From NCBI GenBank assembly GCA_015680685.1, contig MNCI01000952.1, positions 494,963 to 558,962 on the forward strand: 64,000 bases of DNA, given 5' to 3'. Under the pieces are notes generated by a model, which was given only the letters and a program-made list of their open reading frames with translations, was not told the origin of the DNA and did no database searches. The DNA comes from Gnetum montanum (Eukaryota > Plantae > Gnetophyta). Positions 13,676 through 27,330 of this stretch are shown here, piece by piece. Every line of letters begins with the position of its first letter. Within the stretch, counting starts at the first letter, position 1. Made by a program: the position numbers and the translations under genes.

Positions 13676-14486
13676 ATAGGTTACTTTTGGCCTACTATAT
13701 TTTCTCATTGGTTTGTACATTATTATGAGAGATGCTAAAGAGATGGACGATTGAACACTAGAAATGAAGGGCGATAACAATGGATACAACCATTAGAACC
13801 CTTTGATATTTGGAAAATTTACTTTATGGGACCCATCATGTTAATGTCAAATGGAAAGTCCTAAATCATAGTAACTATTGATTATTGCACAAAATCAGCA
13901 GAAGCAGTTGTAGTTAAAGATTGCATAGCCAAAACAACTACCAAATTCTTTCAACAACACATGGTGAATAGATTTAGAGTACCATGCATGCTCATATTAG
14001 ATAATAAGAATCACTTCATAGGAGCTACATTTAAGAAGCTAATGCAACAACTTGGGGTTAATCATAAACTAACTACACTTTATCATCCCTAAGAAAATGG
14101 TCAAGTATAAGTGACTAACAAGGGAATCATAAGGATGTCAACTAGAATAGTTAGTTATTATAGGAAGGACTGAAATACTAAACTTAATAATGCTTTATAG
14201 GTACACGAATCAACTTGGAATCTTCCTATAGGGTATTCATCCTATGAGTTAGTTTATGGCAAACTACCTATCTTGCCAATCCAAGCAGAAATAAATACCC
14301 TTTCCACTACCATTATTGCTTAACTTAAGAGAATGCCTAATGAATCTTTATCTCTTATATGAAAATTGATTGGTGGCTCAAATGAGTAATGAAGTCCACA
14401 AAAAGTGCTTCAAATGTAGAAATGTTGCTAAAATAATATAAGTATTTATCAAGCCAGGTGATAAAGTCCTTTATTATAATCCTAGT
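13676..14486 (+). pseudogene. Element A integrase core
   Basis: YFWPTIF; PFDIWKIYFMGP; RFRVPCMLILDN; YHP*ENGQV*VTN; PGDKVLYYNPS up to the B insertion. Confidence 0.88.
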
Positions 14487-15315
14487 TGATGAAGCATTAT
14501 AATAGGTTGCATTGACGGGCATGCGTCAACGCAACCTCATCAATGTAGCCTATCTAAATGAATCCACTAGCTACATTTATGGCGCATTGTGTTAGTAGCA
14601 TAGTGAAGCCCTTGCAATTTGTTTTTCTAAAAGTTGGAATATTTTCATTTGAATGCCCATAGTGTGGGTGAAAGAGATTGTATGAAACTTTATTTGAGTG
14701 TAAGATACTTGAATACATTGGCACAGATGACAATAAAGTCAAGAATTTTGACATTCATTGTAGCACTTGGATTAGCTTAATCTTCCTTACTAGCACTTTA
14801 TTTTCCATGCGTTTTATATTCCAAGTCATAGATACTTAATGTAAGTAATCATGAATGCATAAGTATGACCACTTCGAGCATAAGGTATTGTGCTTGGTAA
14901 TCCTAGTAGTGATCATTTGGTACACCCAGTAATTGTCATTTAGTAACCTAGCAGCATTTATATGAGTTCGGGATGTTTGCGGCAAGTGGGAATGACTACT
15001 TTTATTAGAGTAGTTAGCCTTTAGAATAGTTAGGTAGTTAAAAAATTAATCATTAGATATTCATTTTTCCATATAGAACTTAAGATAAAAATATAAAAAA
15101 TCTAAATAAAAGAAAATATCATATACCTTAACTCACATTTGATCATATGTATAGCACACAAGTGTGAGTTAGGAAAATAATGATAATATGACCCCTTGGT
15201 TCATAATTTTTGACTACAGGAAAACTTAGAAAGTAAGTTTGCAGAATTTAACCAGATCACTAGTACATGCTTATGATTAGTATGGTTGGGTGTAAGGTAT
15301 ACTCATTGCTCATGA
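14487..15315 (+). repeat. Element B 5' LTR
   Basis: Direct repeat of 32399-33269, followed by degenerate PBS TTGACACTATTTTTTAGGGA. Confidence 0.9.
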
Positions 15316-15466
15316 TTGACACTATTTTTTAGGGACTTAGTTTAGCTAAGTATGCCGAGTAGGATGAAACTATGAAGTTATAAAAAGAGGTTGTAGACAC
15401 CATTCAATGATCAACTATTAAAAGATTACAACATTTAAAGGCATAATATTTTTATTAATCACTAAT

Positions 15467-18400
15467 ATGTCTTCTCACAAGGATAAATATCTACTACATA
15501 TGGACAAATCTAATCAACAACAGGGAGTCTCAAAGAAGTCCCAACAACTAAAAGTGATCACTATTTTCACCTTTATCTTACATCAAGATGAACAAATGCA
15601 TTGGAGGGACATGGAAAGAAACATTGTGTTGCCTCTAGATTGATTTGCTCTTTCTATGTTAATGAACAATCTCATCAAGTTGGTTATCATTGCACTTAAA
15701 TTTGAATATGAAGTCTTAGACTATACCTACAAAGACTATCATTCCATCGAGGTCTAGCTTAAGTAGGATCGGTAGCTGGAGGTGTGATATGAGGTCTCTA
15801 AAGGAAAGAGGATCTAAACAAAATTATTCTTGTAGTAGCAAAAAGAGGGCAAGGATTTCTTTTCTAGCCAATACCAGTACATAGATTCTCCTCCTCTGTA
15901 TAATGAGAAGATCCAAAACCAAAGGTTACAGTTAACTCTAGAGAACCTTCATGATGGAAAAGCTGGGTCTCATGACCATACGGCCTCAAAAGATAAGAAT
16001 CCTAGCCATTTATCTAAGGGAAAGGATAATAATCAAAAGAATAACAAAGAAAAGCATAAGGATTGGGAAAGGTACTAAAGGAGGGAAACTAGTAGGCATC
16101 ATTCCCCTAGTTCTCCTTCTTCTTCATCCTCATTGTCCTCTTTGTCTTCTTCCTCAAAATTTGAAAGGAGGAATAGGAGTTGAGATAAAAGGAGGGGTAG
16201 TCGAGATTAAGATGGAGATGATTGGCAAGATAGAAATGATTGATGATCCCACCAAAATGATTAGGATCAGAACCAAGGACAACCACAAATGGGAGAGGAG
16301 TGTCATAGAGACTGAAGACATAGCAAACCTCATCATAGACATCATGATCATGAAAGGGATCACTGTGATTATCATGACCATGATGAGCCTTTGTTGGCTA
16401 CTTGGAATATGCTCAACATTTTATAGGCAGTCAGAATTCTAATAAGACATTAGAAAGATAGCAGAATTAAGAGACTAGGTATGAATAATATTCCTAGGTT
16501 TAAAGGGGACTATACTTTAGATCTGCAAAATCATCTGTAAATCCTTTCATGATACTTGTGCCTTGAAAAACATAGAGAATGAATGGAAAAAGATAAAATT
16601 ATTTTTATAGACACTTATTAAGGAAGTAGAAGGATGGTACTAGTCCTTTGAACTAGAATTCATTGGCCAGTCAAGTACTATGATATAACTCTTCAATGAT
16701 AAGTACCAAATGTACTCCAAAGTGTCTAACTTGTAGAGGTAGATCCATGAATGGAAATAAAGAAATATTGAGTCCTTGGATGTAGTCCTTGGTAGGTACC
16801 ACTCTTTATTGCATTGATGACTAGCCCATTGGTACTCCCAATGGGAATAACTTTACAATATTATAGATGGACTTTGAAATGAAATAAGGAAAACCTTTTA
16901 GGTTTATACCTAGAGAAGACTTTTTGAGATGAGGGCCCATTAGTTTCAAAGGATAATTGATTAAATGACTAAAGAAAAGGGGAGTTGAAAAAGTGTGAAA
17001 GTACAAAGGAGTATAATAGGGATCTCTCCATTCATAAAAGGGAGATACATTTCTGTAACTCAGATGGGGAGGTACCACTTGATGAAGTGATACAAAGAAA
17101 GACCTTGTCGATACAAAAATCTATCATTGAGATATTGACCAAAGTACATAAAATGTGGGACTCCTTGGATGAAAAGTTTCAAATAGCTCTAAAAATTTTA
17201 GAGGAATGAAAGGACCAAGGGAGTAGTGGTTAAAAAAGAAGGAAGAAGAAGGACATAGAGTAGGGTTATTATCAGAGCAAGGGGAAGGCTGCAATAGTTG
17301 AAGAGGTTGCAGGTTTTGAAATAGATGATGATGGCTATGAGATTTTCTAATATGAACATCCTAAGGGATGTTGCCTAGCGCTATTGCATCTACAAGAGTC
17401 TAGGATGTATGTGTTGAATCCCAAGTTTTCAAAGAGATAAGCATTGAGATGGTTGTCTTGTTTGCAAGGCAATTGTAGGTAGCAGTTCCACCAATCAACG
17501 TACTATCCAAGTGGAGAATCTTCTCAACCTCAGGAGTAGCATCAATAGTGGGAACACCTACAATCATGAGGAATGCCACCACCATAGTAGTAGTATCCCT
17601 ACCAACAACAAAATCCTTATGGATATTACATCTAGCAACCTGTGTCCTACATGACTCCTCTGGCCATGCTTCCATCCCTTACCATTACTACCCTCCTGAA
17701 TATTACAAAGCACCTTCTCTAAGGAGGAGGGGGGGTTGGGGGAAGGGGGATGGTTTCCTTTCCCTTTTCATCCTCCACATCATCTATCAACTCTTACATC
17801 ATAACCAACTATACCCTTGTCACCTACTCCATCCATGTGGGGTGGAATTCCATCACAATCACAATAGAGAAATGTTGCAAGGGTGGTAAATCTATAGCTA
17901 GATACCCATTCGAGTGGTTTTGAATCAAAGCCTCATAAGAGACTATTCTTTAGAACCGACAAGTCAAAAAAATCCTCATAGGCGGGTGTGGCTATTAACC
18001 CTACCATCTCTACCTTTGATGATACCATTGAGTCACCTTCAAACCAAAAGACCTCCAATATCCGCACTATTATGTTGATCCATGTGGTCATTTATTAGGT
18101 CAAGGCTGGTCACCTTTTTAGGAAATAATCTGATACTGAGAGCCCTCTCATTTATTTACAAATTGTAAGGAATGAACCATGTAAGGCTTTGTTGGACTCA
18201 GGTTTTGGGATGAACATAATCTTGTAAGAAATTTACGAGGCCTACAACTTACCTCCTATGAAGAAGAGCAACATTAGACTTAAGTTGGTTGATTAGTCCA
18301 TCACTATTTCTCTTGGGCTACTAGAGGACATTGTGACCATCATTTTTGGGTGGTATTATCCTGCTGATTTCCTTGTCATCCATGTGAAAAATTATAATGG

Positions 18401-21400
18401 TAACTTTCCTATCATCATGGAAAGGACATGGTTGAGTGCTATTGATGTCAAAATGGGGATTAGAGACCTTTCCTTGGAAATCTTCAAGGAAAATAAATTT
18501 GACAAAGTGGGGAAGAAGAGGATTCCATGCATCATATATAATGACATTGGGTGCCATTGCATGTAAAAACTATGAATGGTCAAAGATACATAATTCCAAG
18601 TATACAATAAATGTGTTAAAATGGTGATCATTCAAAGGTGCCTGTATATAGTAGCCACAAAAAAAGAGGGTACCCAGTGGTTGATAATAGATCACCAAGT
18701 TGAATCCACCATGCGCATGGAACCATTGGAGAGCCTCACTAGTGCCTATATTAAAAACATGGATGAAATGGAGTAATTCCATTATGAACTCTCCCACACA
18801 TAGAGAAACAGATTGGGGAGAGTTGGAGATCCCTGATAACTTTAAACAAGAGTCCCTTGAATTAAAGGCTTTAATGACAACTATGGAATGTGCCTTTCTT
18901 ACTAATGGTAAGTCGATAATCATAAATGCCAACTTTACTCTAGAACAAAAAATAGAAGGTATTAAAGGTGGTAAACAAATGGCCAACAACCTTTGTGTGG
19001 TCATATCATGAACTGATAGGAATAGATCTGTGAATATGCTAACATCACATTTATACAACCTCCTCCATTAAGCTAAAGAGGTAGTCACAGAGAAGATTGG
19101 ACCCCAAACTTAAGTAGGTTGTCAAAGAGGAGGTTAGACAACTCCTCAAGGCTAGGTTCATCTACTTGATTGTGGATAGTGAATGGATTAGCCCACTCAT
19201 TATTGTATATAAGAAATGGGGGAAATTGAAAGTTTGCATATACTTTTAGCTGTTGACATGGTAACCTTCAAGGATTACTTTCTGTTGCCATTTGTTGATC
19301 AAGTGTTGGATACCATAGTAGGGCATTGATATTACAACTTCTTGGATGATTATTATGGCTATAACAAAATCTTGATAACATTGAAGGACCAAGCTGAAAC
19401 TACATTAACAAGTCAATGGAGAACTTTTGCATACAAAAAGGTGCCATTTGGCCTTTGCAATTCTCTTACTATATTCCAATGCTTGATGCTTAGTATCTTT
19501 CAACAATATATTGGCAGTGGGGTAGAAGTCTTCATGGATGACTTCTCTACCTATGATGCTACATTTGAGTAAGCTTTAGACTATCTTGAGTAGGTTCTTC
19601 AAAGATATATGGAAATTACTTTAAAGCTTAACTAATAGAAAAGTCACCTGATGATCCAAGAAGGGATTGTATTGCTGCATAGAAGTTTAAGCAAAGGGAT
19701 TGAGATGGGCTTGAAAAAAGTATGGGTCATCCAAGGAATCACCAAGCAACTCAAAATGATTAAATATGTAACGTCATTCCTTGGCCACTCTAGTTATTAT
19801 AAGCACTTCATTGAGAACTTCTTGAAAATTGCTAAACCATTGGTGGAGCTAATAAAGAAGGATGCACCTTTCACTTGGACCAAAAAATGTGAGAATGCAA
19901 TCCAATAGTTAAAGAAAAAGCTTGTGGAAACCCTAATTCTCCTATTCCTGATAGGTCCAATTCATTTCACATTATAACTAATGCATCCAATTATGCTTTG
20001 GGGGTTATGCTTACATAATTGGATGATCAAAAACATCCTTTATGCATTAATTGTATAGGTCAAAGCATCATGGAGGCATAATTAAACTACACCACCATGG
20101 AGAAGGAGCTCATGGTGATGGTGTATGCCTTAGAAAAATTGAGGCACTATGTGCTTGGATATCAAGTTTTTGTATACATAGATTGTAGTGTTATTTGGTT
20201 CCTCATGACCAAACCAATGGTGAGCCCTCGTGTCATACAGTGGCTAGTAATTCTACAAGAGTTTGATCTCGCCATGGTGAGCAGGAAGGGAACTAAGAAT
20301 GTGGTCACTAATCACTTGTCTCAGTTATGATGAGACAACAAAGAGGGTGAGGAGCATTTATTTGACCAATTTTTAGATGAATTCCTCTTTGCCAAAACTA
20401 TTGAAATGAAAAGTGCCAAAGGTACTAATTAGTACAAGGAATTCCTCTCCTATCTACACACAAAAGATGCCATAAGAATGGGATAACAAGAAGAAATAAC
20501 AATTTCTTCACCAAGCCAAACACTACATGGAAATGAGGGGCAACCTTTACAAGGTTTGTGCTGATAGCTTGGTATAATGGTGCATGCCAAATGATGATTA
20601 ACTTCAAATCCTTTAGGACACTCATTAAGGTCAATGTAGGGACTATTACACTAAAAGGAAGATAACCATTAAAATTCTCATGGTAGGACATTACTAGCCA
20701 ACCATCTTTAGGGATGCTCATCAATTCTCTTGTTTGTGTGAATGCTACCAATGTGATGGAGGGATGACTGTACTAATGAAAGGGCACAAATAGTGGATTC
20801 AACCACTGGAGCCTTTTGATCTTTGGGGCATTGATTTTATGAGGTCCATCAACCCCATGTACAATGGAAAGACATACATCATCGTGGTAGTTAACTATTG
20901 CACCAAATGGGCTAAAGTTGCCATTTTCACCGATTGTTCATCCTCTACAACGATATAGTTTATGTAAAAGAATGTGATAAATAGGTTTGGTATGCCAAAA
21001 GCACTTATTTCTAATAATGGAACACATTGTACAAGTGCAAATTTTTGGAAATTGATGCAATGCTTATGGGTGAAACACAAAGGAACAACTCCATACCATC
21101 CTTAAGCTAATGGTCGAGAAGAAGTCACAAATAGGGAGATAACTTAGATAATAACACATATTGTTAGTAAATATAGGAAAGATTAGAGCACAAAACTTAA
21201 TGATGCTCTTTGGGCTTATTGGTCAACTTGAAAACTTCCTATCAGTTATTTCCCTTATGAGTTAGTGTACAAAAAAAATATCAACTTTTCCAATCCAAGT
21301 AGAGCTCTATACACTTTCAACAACTTGTGAACTTGACCTCGATTTGAGTCTAGCACAAAGAGAATGATTAATGACGTTGAATGTGCTAGACAAAAATTGA

Positions 21401-21553
21401 TTAGTAGTCATGTTCATGAATGAAGGGCATAAGGCACACACTAAATAACATCATGGCTTAATGATAAAAAATTTAAATTTTAACTAGGAGATAAGGTTCT
21501 TTACTAGAATCCCATGCATATACCACAACACACAAAATTTTAGATACTATAAG
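15467..21553 (+). pseudogene. Element B gag-pol (gag, PR, RT, RH, IN), disrupted
   Basis: PR KALLDSG at ~18183 and YYPADFLVI. RT DDYYGYNKI..VPFGLCN..VFMDDF (ORF 19342-19572). RH (ORF 20097-20330). IN PFDLWGIDFM at ~20812. Confidence 0.9.
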
Positions 21554-24500
21554 TGTTAACCTTTCGATGTGTTAAAATTTTAAGTAAAATGGAGTACAAG
21601 GATGCTTGTATGATTGTGTGGTTGATTGTGTTTGTAGGGAAAGAGTGTGGACAAGGACTTTATAGACCTCAAGGACTTACAAGTGAAGATGACATCATGA
21701 AGACCTTGGAGTGAGACAAGGAAGACATGAGGAATTTTAAGAACTTCGACAAGGAATAAAGAATTCAAAGAGCAAAGGAACGTGAAGAAAGATGTATCCA
21801 AGAAATAGAAGACATCTTGGTAGAATTGAAGGCAACATATGAGAACACATCTTTGCAAAATAGTAGACATATTTCTAAAGAGAAAGACATCTTTCATTAG
21901 AAGAAGACATCTTTGCAGAATGAAGGACAATTGTAGAAAGATGTCTTTCACTAGAAGAAGATGTCTTCCCAGAATAGAGGCCAGATGCATAAAGATGTCT
22001 CAATCATGAAGAATATGTCTTTCATGATCATTAGTTATCCATTACATGAGTTTTAAGATGAATTTAAAAACATAGTAGATATAAGAAGACATCATTATCA
22101 TTGGAAAATGTGCAAGATTTTGTATTTTCATTGTGTAATCATCAAGCAATCATTGTATTCATTATTGTTTCTCATGGTACAATCATTTGTCTATTTGTAA
22201 ATTAGTCAAAGTGAGCTATGCCTCAAAGTGCAAGGATCAATAAACTCAGTTACATTCTTTCTTTGTAATTATTGTTCTCTTTTGTTTCCCTATGGGTTGA
22301 TGTGCTTTTTGTGGGAAGACATCTTGATTGAGCTTATCGAGATCTTACAAGATTGATGTTGGTGTAGCACCACAATACTCTAGAGAAGAGCTCAAGTTGT
22401 AAAGGTTATGGGATCTTGGAAACCACTTTCTAAGCTTGTTGGGGCCTTGCAAGGTTGAGTGGATTCATAGTGTCGAATCACTCCATTATAGAGCTTAGAG
22501 CTTGTATAGGGTGTGGTACCCTTCAAGCCACATTTGAGAGTAACAAAGTCTAGAGGTGTGCTTACAAACTACCCTCTGAGTGTGGAATCCCCAAGTTGGG
22601 GAACCATGTTAAATTTGGTGTGTACTTTTTCTCAAATATTCTTTATTTTTAAAAACTTATTCATTCTCCCCCACCTTCTAAGTTCAATGATCCACAAGTG
22701 GTATCGAAGTTTGGTACTCTTCTTCATCATCAACTTCAAAGAGTGAACAATAAAGGGGACTTCTTATACAACGCTATCCATGTTCAACATATTTGACTTC
22801 ACCTACTGGAAAGATAGAATGTAGGAATTCTTTGAATCCATGAAGTTTGAAGTTTGGGAGTCAATCCTTGAAGGCTACACTTCACTTGTCAACAGCTCTA
22901 CTAACATCATTAAGCCTTGCAACAAATGGACTCAAGAGGAGAAAGATAAGTTCATGTTTGATTCAAAAGAAAATAATTATTTATTTTTTTCTTTGAATAA
23001 ATTTGAATTTAATAGAGTAGCAGGATGTAAAATGGCCAAAGAAATTTGGAAAAATTTAGAAGCTACTTATGAAGGAACATCTACTATCAAACAATCTAAA
23101 TTGTTAGTTTTGCAAAGCGAATATGATAAGCTCAGAATGAGAGAAGGTGAGAAAATAAAAGATTACTTCTCTAGAGTGAATGATATTGTTGTAGCTATTA
23201 GAGGCATAGGTAAAGTTTTTCTTGAGAGTGATGTCATCATCAAAATGATCAGAACTCTTTAATTGGAGTTCAAACCAAAATTCACAGTTATGGAAGAAAT
23301 AAGAGATTTCTCAACTTTGAAATTTGAAGAACTTAAAAGTGCTTTCATCACCTATCAAATGAATCTGATAAGAAAAGAAGCCATCCAAGAAAGACCTATT
23401 GCTCTGAAGATTATCTCCAAGGGGAAGGACCTTAATGAGCATGATGAGGGTAGTGAAGATGAGATTGCCTTTCTCTCAAGAAAGCTACAATGATTGCTAA
23501 CAATAAGAAACAAGGATGCATTTCAACAAAGAACCAATTTGTTCAAAGGTGGAGAAAAAAGGTAAATGTTTTTTTGAATTTTAACTTAGATTTCTCTTCT
23601 ATAGAATGTTGGGTTTGTGGATGAAGAGGCCATATGGCCTTCGAATGTCCTAGTGATAGCAGGGTACAATCAAAGAACATATCCAATGATGAGGAATCAA
23701 AAAAGACCAACTTTTATACAAGTTGGGATGATGGTGAGTAAAGTGAAGAAGAAGCATGCAATTCTTCTAAAGATTCACATCTCATATGAATGGCACTTAT
23801 AGATGAAAATTCTTCACATATGGTTGACCAAGGTGGTAAGTGTGATAAAAAATATAGTGAAATTTTTCTTTTCCATTATTTGATTAGGAAGGTAAAGAAA
23901 TTTGTAATTTCTAAGCTAGATGCTATTCACATTGAAGTGAAAGGAGAGATCTTAGACATAAAGGCTAAGATTCAATAACTAACCTTTTTAAATAAGGATT
24001 TTAGAAAGGTTCAAGAAGAGAAGTATCTTGAAAAATAGCCAAAGAATTTTGAAAAAGTCACATAGGAAAATTCAAGCTTAAGCATAATCAGATTTGATAA
24101 CATTGTTCATGAGGAGAATACTTTATTTGTGTGTAAAAAATATGGTAATAAGCAAATCCTTAACTATTCTCATGATGATCAAAAAAATAATGATGCTTGG
24201 TCTTGTCAAAAATGCTTTGGTAAGAAAATTTTGCAGGCACCAATAGCTAAAAATGAAGAGAAGTGGAAAATTCAAAATGATGCAATAAGTGATCAAGGGT
24301 TCTTTTAGAAAGACCATGAATAAATAGAGGCATCACATATATGATCTAATGAAAGAGAACCTAAGGATGAGGAGGTACTTCATGATAGGGGACCTCATCT
24401 CAAACTCCATTAATCTTCTCTTCACACTTGTAACCAAGGTAAGTCAAGGTAGGTTTTTGTCTCGTTGCTTGCTAGTTAATAAGTACATGAGTTGAGAAGT

Positions 24501-27177
24501 CCAAAATTGTTTGTGTCATGTCTAGATTAGAAAACTGTTGAAATAATTTTTTGGAGTATCTCTTATATTCATTTTGAGCTTGATGCAATTTATGAAAATA
24601 TGTAGTGTAGCACTTGTATTGCTTTCCTTTGGGCTTTTATCTTGTAATATTTTTAGTTGGCTTTTTGTCTTGCTTTCAATCCTACATGATTTGTACTTCT
24701 TGTGATGATCTGGTTCTAAGATCATGCCCTTTGGGATAGTTTAGCCATTGTTGTGATAAGTCATGATTTTTTAAGTAGACATAACTTTGAATATTCTATC
24801 CATATTATTGATTAGAGACCTTAGTATTTACATTTGATCTTTATGCTAACTTATAGTTGTAGTGCTTTGGTGCTTTACAACAATTACAAAATGATCTTAA
24901 AAGCCCAAGAAGAGTTGCACATGTGTAGGGGGAGCATGTTCCTCATTATCTATCTTGGAGGTCATTAATGTAGGGGGAGTCTTTAGAGACTTCTGCCAAA
25001 AAGCACTCACATAGCAATATATCATAATGAGCAAGGATTCATGTCATGCAAGGGTATGGTATAGTATCCATGGTTAAAGAAGATTTAAATGTTGGTTAAG
25101 TAATCTTACAGACATTTTACCTTGTGCTATCGTTTGGTTACTGTTTGAACATTATGTTAAGATTCTATTTGGCTATTTTTGGGCATTCGCTTATTTTGAT
25201 TTTAGTATTTTTCCTTCTTCATGAGAATTTATTTTTTGCTTACAGCTGTATCCTTTCCTTCTTGCCATATAATTGCCTTCATGATGCTTTCATAAGAGTT
25301 GAGTATTTATAGAATCATGACATGTTGGCTTACCTTATGAGTTTATTGATTTAAAAGGATAGGTTATTTGATCCTTAAAATTTTGGTTTTGATAAGGGTA
25401 TCTTCTTTCTTGTTTAACATTTTCAACCCTTTGAAGTTGTGCTAAGAGATGTATATAGGATCTTGATATATAAGTTTTAATGAGATATTTAATTCAAGCT
25501 GATAGGTTACTTGATTCTATATGCTCAATCTTTGGTCATTGGCATTTGAATTTATTTTCTCTTAAACATTAATTACAATTTTTTAGTCATGTTTAAATTT
25601 GTTATGGCTTATTCTTTCTCAAGGACAGATCTTAATGAATTGAAGACAACATACAAATTAAATTTTTAAGTTTGTGTCTTTTCACCTGACTTCTTTGCTT
25701 TTGTATTTTAGCATGCTATGAATATATCTTCCCTTGAGTACTTAAGCATCTCTTTCTTATTTAGACTTCATTGATGCAAGAAGTAGTTGTATTTCTATTA
25801 ATGAAATGTTGACAAAATTGCTTTGTGATGTACTTGGAGATAGAGATTGTGTTTAATGCATATCTTTTATGACTATTGATAGTTATGATTAAGTATTATT
25901 GGCATATTGTTCCTTTTTGATAGACTTGTGTGCTTTTTGTTGTTGTTGTTCAAAAAGGGGGAGAGTATAGTTATGGAAATATTTGGATATTTTTATGTCT
26001 AATAACCCATTTTCTTAAGTTTTAAAAATCACCAAAAAGGGGGAGATTGTTGACCTTTTGGTGTGTTAAAACATTAAGAAAATAAAATACAAGAATGCTT
26101 GTATGTTTGTGTGGTTGATTGTGTTTGTAGGGAAAGAGTGTGGACAAGGACTTTATAGAGCTTAAGGACTTACAGGCAAAGTTAAACAACATTAAGACTG
26201 TGGAGTGAGACAAGGAAGACATGAGGAAGTTTGAGATCTTGAACAAGGAATGAAGAATTCAAAGTGCAAAGGAAGGTAAAGAAAGACGTCTCCAAGAAAT
26301 AGAAGACATCGTGGTAGAATTGAAGGCAACATAGAAGAAGATGTCTCTAAAAAACAATAGATATCTTTCAATAGAAGAAGATGTCTTTGTAGAATGAAGG
26401 CAAGTTACAGAAAGACATCTTTCACCAAAAGAAGATGTCTTTCTAGAATGGAGGCCAGATGTAAAAAGACATCTTAGTTATGAAGAAGATGTCTTGCATG
26501 ACCATTAGTTAGCCATTGCATGAGTCCCAAGATGAATTTTGAAACATAGTGGCTATAAGAAGACATCATTCTCATTGGGAAATGTGCAAGCTTTTATATT
26601 AGCATTGTGTAATCATCAAAAAATCATTGTATTCATTATTATTCCTCATTGCACAATCATTTATTTGTTTGTAAATTGGTCAAAGTGAGTTTTGCCTCAA
26701 AGTGCAAGGATTAGCAACTTAGTTGCATTCTTTACTTGTGATTGTTGTTTGTTCTCTTTTGTTGCCTTGTGGGGTTGATGTGCTTCTTGCAAGAAGACAT
26801 ATTTAATTGAACTTGTCGAGATCTTGTGGGATTGAGTGTTGGTGTAGCATCATAATACTCCAAAGCAGAGCTCAAGTTGTAAAGGTTTTGGATCTTGGAA
26901 ACCACTTTCTAAGCTTGTCAGGACCTTACAGGGTTAAGTGGATTCATAGTATCAAATCACTCCATTGTGGAGATTAGAGCTTGTATAGGGTGTGGTATCC
27001 TTTAAACCACATTTAAGAGCAATAAAGTCTAGAGGGGTGCTTGCGAACTACCCTTTGAGTGTGGACTACCTAAGTTGGGGAACCATGTTAAATTTGGTGT
27101 GTGCTTTGTCTTAAAGATTTTTTTATTTTGGGAAACTTATTCATCCCCTCCTCCCCTTCTAAGTTCAATGATTCACA
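21554..27177 (+). mobile_element. Non-autonomous (gag-only) Sirevirus-like Ty1/copia element nested in the integrase of B
   Basis: LTRs 21554-22696 and 26048-27177 (TGTT...CACA). tRNA-iMet-type PBS TGGTATC at 22699. PPT AAAAAGGGGGAGAT at 26034-26047 plus upstream PPT copies. Near-TSD ATAAG/ATGAG. No RT/IN motifs found. Confidence 0.9.
22780..23990 (+). pseudogene. Copia/SIRE gag (UBN2-type) with zinc knuckle
   Basis: FDFTYWKDRM at ~22792. ORF 22840-23262 contains EFNRVAGCKMAKEIWKNLEATYEGT. CWVCG*RGHMAFECP knuckle at ~23607-23651. Confidence 0.85.
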
Positions 27178-27330
27178 ATGAGAAGGACCTTATATTATTT
27201 ATGAAACTTTTCCTTTTGGGGCCATGATGATTTACCACCCTTCCAGCCTAGACAAGCAGTTGCTAGTCAACATTCAACAAGTATAAACTTTCTTTGAATT
27301 AGGGCTAAGTAACATGGACATCCCAACTGA
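27178..27330 (+). pseudogene. Element B integrase C-terminus (GPY/F motif)
   Basis: EGPYIIYETFPFGA..LLVNIQQV*TF resumes right after the Copia insertion. Confidence 0.8.

Noticed and set aside
15951-16442. Hydrophobic I/M-rich ORFs (also 8258-8504, 16154-16381, 6070-6264) as membrane proteins
   Set aside because: They are off-frame or antisense readings of low-complexity or T-rich transposon sequence.
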